DNA of 64,000 bases from Candidatus Altiarchaeota archaeon (GTDB lineage Archaea > Altiarchaeota > Altiarchaeia > IMC4 > SCGC-AAA252-I15), in the NCBI GenBank assembly GCA_043804895.1, contig JAZDIN010000004.1:8887-72886 (forward strand), written 5' to 3'. The notes below the pieces were generated by a model that was not told where the DNA came from, did not search any database, and was given only the letters and a program-made list of their open reading frames with translations. Shown in pieces: positions 34,715 through 43,013 of the stretch. The position numbers and the translations under genes were made by a program. Position 1 is the first letter of the stretch; each line of letters starts with the position of its first letter.

Positions 34715-35263
34715 TCATCGACAGTATACCCTTTGTATCAGTTTGAACGCCTCCTCGAGTGTGGCGCCTACTGCGACGACTCCGTGCCGTCGTATCACAA
34801 TGTAATTTGATTTTCCGAGAGCCTCCACGACGTCCCTCGCCTGACTTAGTGTTCCGTAGGGGTGGACCCGGTCTGTGACGACGAGGCCTAGGGGGTTTTT
34901 GACTGCCAGGCTGTCGTGGGCGTGTATCACCGCGTTCACCTTCGGATACTTCTGGTATATGAGCCAGTGCATCGGAACCTCAGAGGACGGCTCAACTGAA
35001 CCCACCACATGGGCGGTCCTGTTTTTGAATTCGCGGACTTCGACTATACCCCCCGGAGTTAACTGGCCTTTGTTTTTTCCGCCGGGGGTGATTAACATCC
35101 CCTTCTCTGTTCTGACGCTGATGTTGCCTGCGTTCTCGGGGGTGAGGCCCATCTCGTTCAGCTTCCTGCCTACGGCGACGATGGATTCGGCTGCACTGCC
35201 ACCAGCTGAGAATTTACTTAGGAACTTTGTCCTGAACTTCCTGCCAACGTACTCCTCAGCCAT
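34715..35263 (-). CDS. Class II aldolase/adducin-family protein (FucA / MtnB-like)
   Basis: 182 aa with GNISVR, SSEVPMH and AVIHAHD (Zn-binding His pattern). Confidence 0.8.
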   Translation of the reverse strand: MAEEYVGRKFRTKFLSKFSAGGSAAESIVAVGRKLNEMGLTPENAGNISVRTEKGMLITPGGKNKGQLTPGGIVEVREFKNRTAHVVGSVEPSSEVPMHWLIYQKYPKVNAVIHAHDSLAVKNPLGLVVTDRVHPYGTLSQARDVVEALGKSNYIVIRRHGVVAVGATLEEAFKLIQRVYCR

Positions 35264-35302
35264 CGTAGTTATTAATGGGATAGTCTTAATACATTCTCCA
35301 AA

Positions 35303-36547
35303 ATGAGCGAAGTAAAGGATATGAAGCTAGCTGGGAGCGGCCGCCTGAACATCGAATGGGCTGAAGCTCACATGCCGGTATTGATGGGCATAAGGGAGGA
35401 GTTTGAGAAGAAGAAGCCACTGAAGGGAGTCAACGTCGGGTTCGCGCTGCATGTGACTAAGGAGACTGCAGTTTTAGTCGAGACCCTCATCGCAGGCGGC
35501 GCTAAGGTCTCAATCACCGGATGCAATCCCCTGTCAACCCAAGATGACGTCGCGGCAGCCCTTGCGAAGGCCGGAGTCGACGTGTACGCATGGCGCGGCG
35601 AGACGACCGAGGAGTATTACGCTAACATCAACAAGGTATTGGACCACAAGCCGAACATCACCATAGACGACGGGGCTGACTTGATATTCACGATACACAA
35701 GAGCAGGACTGACTTATTAAAAAACATCAAGGGAGGTTGCGAGGAGACGACGACTGGGATAATACGACTCCGCGCGATGGAGAAGGACGGCGTACTAAAG
35801 TACCCTGTGATGGCGACAAACGACGCTGACACGAAACACATGTTCGACAACCACTACGGCACAGGCCAGTCCACAATCGATGGCATACTGCGCGCGACGA
35901 GTATGCTGTTCGCAGGCAAAGTCGTCGTAGTCGCAGGATACGGATGGTGCGGCCGCGGAGTCACGACAAGGGCGAAAGGCATGGGCTCACAGGTCATAGT
36001 CACTGAAGTCGACCCGATACTCGCATTGAGGGCTGCCATGGACGGATACGGCGTCATGACCATGGACGACGCATCATGCATGGGAGACCTCTTCATCACA
36101 ACAACGGGGGACAGGGATGTAATAGTCAAAAGACACTTCCAGAAGATGAAATCCGGGGCGATAGTCTGCAACTCAGGCCACTTCAACATCGAAATAGACA
36201 TAGCTTCATTGGAGTCGCTTGCGAAGAGCAAGAAGACCATAAGAAACAACGTCGAAAAGTACCAGCTGAAGGACGGCAGACACATCTACCTGCTCGCCGA
36301 AGGCCGCCTAGTGAACCTAGCAGCCGCGGAAGGCCACCCCTCAGAGGTCATGGACATGTCCTTCGCAAACCAGGCCATGGCATGCAAATACATCAACGAG
36401 AACAAGCTGAAAGCCGGAGTCCACAAGATACCGAGGGAAATCGACGAGATGGTAGCCAGGATGAAACTCAAGACCATGGGCATCAACATCGACCAACTAA
36501 CCGAGAAACAGAAGGAATACCTCAGCTCATGGGATGAAGGAACCTAA
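35303..36547 (+). CDS. ahcY: S-adenosyl-L-homocysteine hydrolase
   Basis: 414 aa with [35 protein letters not shown] (NAD binding), GHFNIEID and [13 protein letters not shown]. Confidence 0.93.
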   Translation: MSEVKDMKLAGSGRLNIEWAEAHMPVLMGIREEFEKKKPLKGVNVGFALHVTKETAVLVETLIAGGAKVSITGCNPLSTQDDVAAALAKAGVDVYAWRGETTEEYYANINKVLDHKPNITIDDGADLIFTIHKSRTDLLKNIKGGCEETTTGIIRLRAMEKDGVLKYPVMATNDADTKHMFDNHYGTGQSTIDGILRATSMLFAGKVVVVAGYGWCGRGVTTRAKGMGSQVIVTEVDPILALRAAMDGYGVMTMDDASCMGDLFITTTGDRDVIVKRHFQKMKSGAIVCNSGHFNIEIDIASLESLAKSKKTIRNNVEKYQLKDGRHIYLLAEGRLVNLAAAEGHPSEVMDMSFANQAMACKYINENKLKAGVHKIPREIDEMVARMKLKTMGINIDQLTEKQKEYLSSWDEGT

Positions 36548-36555
36548 GGTTACTC

Positions 36556-38895
36556 TCAGACGACTGAAGGCCCGTTTTGCTTTTGCAGTTCCCTGAAGAA
36601 GGAGTCTATCTTCCCCAAGTCAACGCCATCAGAGAAGTACTTATCAAACAACGGCTCAACCTGGCCTTTGGCGCCGTGATAGTCCGAATCGCCCCCATGT
36701 TGCCAGGAGTCATATCCAGCTGATTTGAAACGGTCATGGTGAAGCATTCTGTCTACTGTATACCCCTCCTGCCACTTAGGGATGCCATACTCCTGGATTT
36801 TTGGTTCAAGCTGCAGGCGCATGGTATCCCGGGCGAGCATATCCCTCAACTCCTCGGGGCTCTTATGTTCCCCGGCAGAACTGAGTTCCCTGAAGAATGC
36901 ATCTATCTTTCCCAGGTCGACTCCGTCAGCGAAGTATTTATCAAACAGCGGGTCTACCTGGGCTTTGGCGCCGTGATAATCAAAACCTTCCGGACCCTGC
37001 CAGCGGGGTTTACCTGTTTTCAGGCCCGTATAATCTGTGGACTGGAACTTCTCGACTATCATCTTGTCGACTACATACTCCTTTTGCCACTGAGGGATTT
37101 TATAGTCCTGTATGAATTTTTCAAGTTGCAAATGCATGGTTTCGTGGACTATCGTGTTCTTCAACTCCTTTGGAGTTTTCAACTCCCCATTAGAATTGTA
37201 GAGGTTATCAAGTATCTGGCGAGTCTTCAGGTTATAACTACCGCCCACCCCATAGTCAGTTAGAACGATTTCAGAGGGGAGTACAACCTTTTCCCCGAAT
37301 ATACCGGCTAAATCCTTGAAGTATTTGCCCAGGGTCGCCCAATATTCCTGCGTTATCTTTGATTCCTCAGCTAAGAACTTGTTAGAGTCATGCTCTTTCT
37401 TTATTGCAGCCTCTATTTCAGGCGTTGTCGACTGCTTACTAACTCCGGAAGGCAGCTTAAGGCCTAAACCTTTGCCATATACTTCTTCTTTCCCGAATAC
37501 TTCGGCCAATTCGTCGATGTATTCGCCCAAATTCTGCCCATACTGCTGCATCATCTTTGATTCAGCATCCAAGAATCTGTTGGGAGTATACTCGCCTTCA
37601 AGAGGCAGGTTGGGAGGTGGGTCCCAGAAGTATCTGTTCTGGGCGTAGAGCATGTTCTTTACAACCCCTATTTGACTTTCTAAATCTGATTTAAAATTAA
37701 GCCCAACTGCAGCTTCGTTCTTTCCCTGGGGATTGTTGATGCCCGCAAACTCGGCGAAGTTTTTGTCCTTCCTGTGCTCGAACAGCTCTACGATGCCGAT
37801 AAGACCTTTATTGCCGTCTACGTCATACGGTCTGCAAAGCGTCCCGACCAGTTGGTCGACACCTATCCCCTTCTCCTTCGCGTTGTCAACCACGGACTCC
37901 CACATCTTAAGGCCTAGGAAGTATAGGGGGTGATCCTCACGATAGTTTAACTGCGGTTCCAAACCCAGTTTCCGTATGATTGTCTCGTCCATGTATGATG
38001 CGAAGCCCTCATGGGTGAGGCTCGAGTCGGAGAGGCCGTTGGGGTGGTCCTTGTTTAGCCGGACTATTGTATGTTCGTCCTCCAGTATTATCCTCTTTTC
38101 ACTCCGGAGTTCACTGTAGATTGAACGGACCCGCCTATCATCAAGTTTGACTTCAGACCCTTCAAAGTTCTTCGGTACGTTTTTTTTATTTTCCGCCTCT
38201 ATTGCGTTATTCCGGATGTGGCTTCCCTCATGGATAAACCCGTCAAGGACGCCAACCAATGGCTGTTCCTCATTAGGCCTGTAGAAGACAGCCTCCCCGT
38301 CTGCAGCTACACCGTGTTTCGCTGCGAATTCTGCTGTCCGGTCACGCGTACCCCGGATACTTTGGGCTATGTCGGTCAGGCCGTATTTTTCATTCCCAAG
38401 GAGTTCGGCCATGTCTGTTAGCCGCTGGAGGAAGGTGCTGTTGATTACCTCTCCTCCACTATGGCTTGCTTTTTCGCCTTCCGCATACCATAGTCTTCTA
38501 AGATTATCCTTGTCTTTGAGCATTCTCTCTAGGGTCCCTTTGTATGATTCTCCTTCCTTCATTTCCCGTATGAGTCTAACATGGAATAGAGAAACGTGGA
38601 AATCCTCTTTTGAAGCCGTGTACATGCCGATATCCAAGCCGCTTTCATCCTTGAGGAGGCGATTTGCTATGGCAGGGATGACCTCCAATGCCTGCTCACG
38701 TGGTAGACAGAGTATATTCTTAACCAATTCTGGTAATTTGTCCGTAGGAGTCGTATCTGGAGAAGTAACTCGCTGTATGGCATCAGCAATCTTCAATTTC
38801 CTGCTCCTCTCATCCAGTTCATCGATTAGGGGGTTTCTAGCTGTTATATTGGAATCACCCTCTTTATGGGGGTTTTCTATTACTTTCGGGCTCAT
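36556..38895 (-). CDS. Large hypothetical protein with two HExxH motifs (putative Zn-metallopeptidase-like) and a C-terminal tandem duplication
   Basis: 779 aa, with FIHEGSHI near aa 230 and IVHETMHL near aa 588. The last ~190 aa are two ~95-aa repeats (PKELKNTIVHETMHLQLEKFIQDYKIPQWQ...DYHGAKAQVDPLFDKYFADGVDLGKIDAFFREL versus PEELRDMLARDTMRLQLEPKIQEYGIPKWQ...DYHGAKGQVEPLFDKYFSDGVDLGKIDSFFREL). The duplication is also visible in the DNA (36560-36880 versus 36880-37200). Confidence 0.7.
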   Translation of the reverse strand: MSPKVIENPHKEGDSNITARNPLIDELDERSRKLKIADAIQRVTSPDTTPTDKLPELVKNILCLPREQALEVIPAIANRLLKDESGLDIGMYTASKEDFHVSLFHVRLIREMKEGESYKGTLERMLKDKDNLRRLWYAEGEKASHSGGEVINSTFLQRLTDMAELLGNEKYGLTDIAQSIRGTRDRTAEFAAKHGVAADGEAVFYRPNEEQPLVGVLDGFIHEGSHIRNNAIEAENKKNVPKNFEGSEVKLDDRRVRSIYSELRSEKRIILEDEHTIVRLNKDHPNGLSDSSLTHEGFASYMDETIIRKLGLEPQLNYREDHPLYFLGLKMWESVVDNAKEKGIGVDQLVGTLCRPYDVDGNKGLIGIVELFEHRKDKNFAEFAGINNPQGKNEAAVGLNFKSDLESQIGVVKNMLYAQNRYFWDPPPNLPLEGEYTPNRFLDAESKMMQQYGQNLGEYIDELAEVFGKEEVYGKGLGLKLPSGVSKQSTTPEIEAAIKKEHDSNKFLAEESKITQEYWATLGKYFKDLAGIFGEKVVLPSEIVLTDYGVGGSYNLKTRQILDNLYNSNGELKTPKELKNTIVHETMHLQLEKFIQDYKIPQWQKEYVVDKMIVEKFQSTDYTGLKTGKPRWQGPEGFDYHGAKAQVDPLFDKYFADGVDLGKIDAFFRELSSAGEHKSPEELRDMLARDTMRLQLEPKIQEYGIPKWQEGYTVDRMLHHDRFKSAGYDSWQHGGDSDYHGAKGQVEPLFDKYFSDGVDLGKIDSFFRELQKQNGPSVV

Positions 38896-38981
38896 TGTTA
38901 GTTATCGGGAGGGTCTTGGATAAAAGCGCAGTGAGGCTGTTTTTATACCAATATTCAGTATTATATGGGAGTGTGATTTTG

Positions 38982-39542
38982 ATGGCTGATGATAAGGTTA
39001 TGATTGGTGAGTATTTGGGGACTATCGAGGAGTTCATGCCCGGGGAGGGCACTTACGCTGAGGATGGGAAGATTTACGCTGCTAAGATGGGTCATAAGGC
39101 CGTGGATCCGGCCAGGCATGTTGCCGAGGTTAAGGGCAAGGATTTGCCGAGCCTGAAGGTGGGCCAGACTGTCTTCGGGGAGGTGGCGACCGTGAAGACC
39201 AGCACGGTTACTGTTATTGTCGGCAAGATTCAGGCTCAGAAGGGCATCATAGACGAGAAGACGCTGATTTATGTCTCAAACATCTCTGACAAGTATGTGG
39301 ACAAGCCTGAGGACTATTTCGCAATAGGCGACATAGTGAAGGCTAGGGTGATTAGGATGGACCCGGGGCTCATAGACATTTCGACCAAAGGCGACTTCGG
39401 GGTTGTGAAGGCCTTTTGCAAGAGCTGCAGGCACCCGCTTGCGAAATCCAAGAAGCATGAGGAGAGGCTAGAGTGTCCGTCGTGCGGCCGCGTTGAGAAG
39501 CGGAAGATGGCAGTGGATTACGGTAATGTGAGTGAGTTTTAA
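38982..39542 (+). CDS. csl4: Exosome complex RNA-binding protein Csl4
   Basis: MADDKVMIGEYLGTIEEFMPGEGTY..., an S1-like centre, and a C-terminal zinc ribbon (CKSCRHPL...CPSCG). It is followed by rpoL, as is typical in archaea. The track ORF starts earlier, at 38895. Confidence 0.8.
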   Translation: MADDKVMIGEYLGTIEEFMPGEGTYAEDGKIYAAKMGHKAVDPARHVAEVKGKDLPSLKVGQTVFGEVATVKTSTVTVIVGKIQAQKGIIDEKTLIYVSNISDKYVDKPEDYFAIGDIVKARVIRMDPGLIDISTKGDFGVVKAFCKSCRHPLAKSKKHEERLECPSCGRVEKRKMAVDYGNVSEF

Positions 39543-39543
39543 G

Positions 39544-39801
39544 ATGGAATTCAAGATTGTTGAGAAGAAGAAGGATGTTGTGGTTTTAGAGTTCGATGAG
39601 AAGGACGTTCCTGTCGCGTTGGTTGGGGCGCTCTTGAGGAACGACGTTGACGCGTACTGGTATGAGCCGCACCCGCTGAAGAAGGGTTTCAGGGTGCACA
39701 TCGAGGCTGAGGACGCGATGAAGGAGCTGAAGAAGGCCGTGTCAGACCTTGATTCTGAGTGGACGCAGTTTAGGAAGGCTGTGGAATCCAAACTTAAATA
39801 G
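39544..39801 (+). CDS. rpoL: DNA-directed RNA polymerase subunit L (Rpo11)
   Basis: MEFKIVEKKKDVVVLEFDEKDVPVALVGALLRNDVD...HPLKKGFRVHIEA is the typical RpoL pattern. An alternative start lies at 39532. Confidence 0.75.
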   Translation: MEFKIVEKKKDVVVLEFDEKDVPVALVGALLRNDVDAYWYEPHPLKKGFRVHIEAEDAMKELKKAVSDLDSEWTQFRKAVESKLK

Positions 39802-39819
39802 CTTCTGCTATGTATTATC

Positions 39820-40161
39820 ATGGAGGGGAAGGAACACCGACATATGGTGGAGGACATTGTGGTCACCCCGTTTTTCAGAAGGTATAGGGGCCACATGCCT
39901 GCGACCATAAAGCTCCATGCGGAGGTCAGGGAGGAGAAGAGGGACGTTGTCCTTGAGTCGAGGATTGCAGGCTATGATGAAGGGGATGTGAGCGTGTCGG
40001 CGACGCCGAACACGATTGATGTGACGCTTGTCCTTGAGAAGAATTCTACTGGGGATATCAAGTTCCACAACAGTTATTTCACTCCTTGCCCGATTGATGC
40101 TGATAGGATTAGGGTGGAACATAAGAACGGGCTGTTGAGGGTTGTCGCGCCTAAGAAGTAA
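39820..40161 (+). CDS. Small heat-shock protein-like (alpha-crystallin / Hsp20 domain)
   Basis: 113 aa. The C-terminal half, ...DVSVSATPNTIDVTLVLEK...DADRIRVEHKNGLLRVVAPKK, resembles the Hsp20 beta-sandwich and its end motif. Confidence 0.5.
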   Translation: MEGKEHRHMVEDIVVTPFFRRYRGHMPATIKLHAEVREEKRDVVLESRIAGYDEGDVSVSATPNTIDVTLVLEKNSTGDIKFHNSYFTPCPIDADRIRVEHKNGLLRVVAPKK

Positions 40162-40201
40162 CTTATATACCATTGGATATATGTTTTAATGTGGTGACGT
40201 C

Positions 40202-40537
40202 ATGGACGAGCGCAACATAGTCAACCTACTACTGCACGAGAAACCGGCAGGAATAATACTCAGCCTCAAGGCTAAGGAGAAGAAGTATCCGACCGTGCTC
40301 TCAAAGGAAAACGACTGCACTTACACCCACACCCTGAAGATAGTGGAGGAGCTGAGGGTATACGGCCTCGTCGAATTCGAAAAGGACGGGAGGATAAAGT
40401 ACGTGAAGCTGACCGAACTTGGAGAAGACGTGGCCCACGAGCTTGAAGGACTCGTAAGGTACCTTGAGAGGATATCCAAAGCGCCGAAAGCGGAAAAATG
40501 GAAGGCCAACCCTGCTTCTGAGGAGAAGGATGAATAG
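40202..40537 (+). CDS. Winged-helix DNA-binding protein
   Basis: 111 aa. YPTVLSKENDCTYTHTLKIVEELRVYGLVEFEKDGRIKYVKLTELG follows an HTH-plus-wing pattern. Confidence 0.6.
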   Translation: MDERNIVNLLLHEKPAGIILSLKAKEKKYPTVLSKENDCTYTHTLKIVEELRVYGLVEFEKDGRIKYVKLTELGEDVAHELEGLVRYLERISKAPKAEKWKANPASEEKDE

Positions 40538-41078
40538 CACGCAAACGACGCTCCCCCCACTATCGGTAGACTCTGGGTTAGAATCACTGGGGGTCACGGC
40601 ACTAATTCTCGGAGCCATAGCACTGGTGTACGCATACCGCCTCACAAACACGAAAAACGGGCTCGAATCCCAGATACTCAAGGACAAGGCGCTTTTGAAC
40701 AGGATACGCCAGGAAATAAAGGCTGAGAGGGAGACATTGGACAGGCTGAGAGCCGACGCGAAACAGTTCTTGGATGACAGGGTCGGGCAGGAGATGAAAA
40801 AGACCGGCTCAGCCAAAGAAGTGAAAAAGGAAGGCCTCAGGCAGGAGTATTGGGGTCGCATCAGCCAGATGAGCGGAAAGGTTGAGGATCCGGAGCTGAA
40901 GAGGCTTATGGGCGAGAAGGCTGAGATACAAAGCATGATAGAGATCACGAAGACGAAATACCACACGAGGGCGATAGACGAGAAGAGCTTCAGCAACATA
41001 ACCGAAGGTTACCAGAAGAGGCTAATCGAGATTGAGGCTAGGATAAGCAAGCTTAAGGATGGAGAAAACAGAAGCTGA
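40530..41078 (+). CDS. Single-pass membrane protein with a long coiled coil
   Basis: MNSTQTT..., then the TM segment LGVTALILGAIALVYAY, then about 140 aa of charged heptad-like sequence. It overlaps the wHTH gene by 8 nt and the KaiC-like gene by 20 nt. Confidence 0.55.
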   Translation: MNSTQTTLPPLSVDSGLESLGVTALILGAIALVYAYRLTNTKNGLESQILKDKALLNRIRQEIKAERETLDRLRADAKQFLDDRVGQEMKKTGSAKEVKKEGLRQEYWGRISQMSGKVEDPELKRLMGEKAEIQSMIEITKTKYHTRAIDEKSFSNITEGYQKRLIEIEARISKLKDGENRS

Positions 41079-41820
41079 GCGCTGCCCGACAGGCGTCGAC
41101 GGATTGGACGAGCTCATTGACGGCGGCTTCCCGCGCGGGAGGGTGATACTCGTCGCAGGAGACTGCGGGACCGGCAAGAGCATACTCGCGACCCAGTTCC
41201 TGGTGAACGGCATCTTAAAGTACGGGGAACCTGGGATACTCGTGAGCCTAGAGCAGACGCCGAAACTAATAAAAGTAGACATGGAGTCGATGGGGTTCGA
41301 CCTCCAAAAACTAGAAGACGACGGCAAGCTCATCATAATAGACGCGAGCCTCTCGGGGATGGCGTTCAAGGAGAAGAGCAAGTACATGCTCACCCCAGAG
41401 CAGTTCAGCATAGACAGCATAACCGCACTCATAAACGACTCAGCGAAGGAGATAAACGCGAAAAGGGCGGTTGTGGACAGCTTCTCCGCCTTGGACACGC
41501 TCCTTGAGACGAAGAGAAGCCAGGTTGGAATCAGCCTGAAGGAGGACGTGAGGAGGGCGATACTCGGCATCAACTACAAGCTCCAGAGCATGGGTCTGAC
41601 CTCGATACTGATAAGCGACATAGTCGATGACGGAAAACTAAGCAAACACGGCATAGAGGAGTTCATGGTCGACGGCGTCATCACACTACACTACAACACC
41701 ACAGGCCCGGATGCGGGCAGGCACCTCATAATCAAGAAGATGAGGAACACGAAACACAACGAGAACATAAACACCATAGAGTTCGTGAAAGGTAAGGGCA
41801 TAAAAATCAAGGGGTTTTGA
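41059..41820 (+). CDS. KaiC-like / RecA-superfamily ATPase (single domain)
   Basis: GVDGLDELIDGGFPRGRVILVAGDCGTGKS (Walker A) and a Walker B-like LIIIDA. 253 aa. Confidence 0.8.
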   Translation: MEKTEAERCPTGVDGLDELIDGGFPRGRVILVAGDCGTGKSILATQFLVNGILKYGEPGILVSLEQTPKLIKVDMESMGFDLQKLEDDGKLIIIDASLSGMAFKEKSKYMLTPEQFSIDSITALINDSAKEINAKRAVVDSFSALDTLLETKRSQVGISLKEDVRRAILGINYKLQSMGLTSILISDIVDDGKLSKHGIEEFMVDGVITLHYNTTGPDAGRHLIIKKMRNTKHNENINTIEFVKGKGIKIKGF

Positions 41821-42289
41821 CCTTCTTCTTCCTGCTCGTGCTCACGAGCATGTTCCAACCGAACCCCACACGCTCCAGATAGTTGCTGAACGTGAGGGAA
41901 TCGGAGAGTATCAGGGCGCGGCCCTTCCCAAGCCCCGCAGTTATCTCACGCTCCCTCTTCAAAAGGCCGAATCGTACGAGCTTCGGGATGATTTTGTTCT
42001 CTAGGGTGCTTTTGCTGTATTTGTTCCTGTCAAGGAAATCGTGTATCTCCTTCTTCGTCACCCAGTCCCGCTCCAAAACGAGCGCTATGAAATCGCAGGC
42101 GACCTTATGGTACACGGGCTGATACCTTCGGGGGAATATGAAGTCGACGACCTCGCCCACATCCCAGAACACCGCCTTATCCAAGCCGCCCTTCTTCTTC
42201 AACTCCACCCCATAATGCGGCGGAAGCCACAAACTCTCAGAAGCGGGAATACCGCTGCTGGCCGGAGGCTTCGGAGCCGGATTAGCCAT
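41807..42289 (-). CDS. Hypothetical protein with a winged-helix-like C-terminal half
   Basis: The track ORF extends to 42343, but that ATG overlaps head-to-head with the ATG of the divergent gene at 42342. MANPAPKPP at 42289 is the more plausible start. TKKEIHDFLDRNKYSKSTLENKIIPKLVRFGLLKRE looks like a wHTH. Confidence 0.5.
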   Translation of the reverse strand: MANPAPKPPASSGIPASESLWLPPHYGVELKKKGGLDKAVFWDVGEVVDFIFPRRYQPVYHKVACDFIALVLERDWVTKKEIHDFLDRNKYSKSTLENKIIPKLVRFGLLKREREITAGLGKGRALILSDSLTFSNYLERVGFGWNMLVSTSRKKKVKTP

Positions 42290-42341
42290 GAAATGAATTA
42301 ACTGCTGCCAGTATTTAATCACGTGATACGGGAGTATTAAC

Positions 42342-43013
42342 ATGCCCAGACAGAAGAGTAGAGGAATAAACGATGACTTGGACGGGCTTGTCGGAGAAAT
42401 GGGAGGAGTAATTCAACAACTTGAGTTCATAGAAAGGAAACTCGGCCTTCCGAGGGACAGTTGCGCTGCACATGAGCTTGTTGTGATTCCTACTGAAGAG
42501 CTGAAAGAACGGATGGGCAACGCTGATGACTTAATGAAACGGTCGAGGGGCAGGCTTCGTGTAGGATACCGGAAACCTACGAAGGGAGATAAAGAAAAGG
42601 GAATAAACCCGGAAAGTTGGCGGTGGGATATATTGACTGTGCCACCTAAAACCCTCGAAGCCAATGTCAAGACAGCAAACATCGTGAAACTGGTTTATTC
42701 AGGCCCGGGCGTGCATGAAAACAGGAGCAACTTCCTAGTAGCTGACCCGGAACGGGTGAAACTCAACCTCCTGTTCCTCAATTTCGAGTTCAAAGAGGGG
42801 AGATGGCCTTTCGATATAAGAGACTGCGGAGACCTGGCAGCAGAAAACCCTGATAAGATTCAGGCGGTGATGCACCCGATATACAGGGGGAGGGCACACA
42901 GAGAGGATACCACGCTGGACACCGTCCGGACGGATTTGGAAAAACTCACGGTGGAGGAAGCCAAAGAATTCCTGGAAAAATTCCCCAGGCACCTAAAGTT
43001 CGAACTGGATTAG
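42342..43013 (+). CDS. Hypothetical protein (223 aa)
   Basis: The ORF fills the interval. No motif recognised. Confidence 0.5.
   Translation: MPRQKSRGINDDLDGLVGEMGGVIQQLEFIERKLGLPRDSCAAHELVVIPTEELKERMGNADDLMKRSRGRLRVGYRKPTKGDKEKGINPESWRWDILTVPPKTLEANVKTANIVKLVYSGPGVHENRSNFLVADPERVKLNLLFLNFEFKEGRWPFDIRDCGDLAAENPDKIQAVMHPIYRGRAHREDTTLDTVRTDLEKLTVEEAKEFLEKFPRHLKFELD

Noticed and set aside
36076-36537. A 153-aa alternative-frame + strand ORF inside ahcY, plus antisense ORFs at 35617..36489.
   Set aside because: The ahcY frame has a full-length, motif-rich translation. The alternative frames are R/G/P-rich artefacts.
42341-42344. Head-to-head overlapping start codons (CATG) of ORFs 41807..42343 and 42342..43013.
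   Set aside because: Divergent genes cannot share zero promoter space. This is most likely an artefact of taking the longest ORF. The internal ATG at 42289 (MANPAPKPP) is used for the minus-strand gene.
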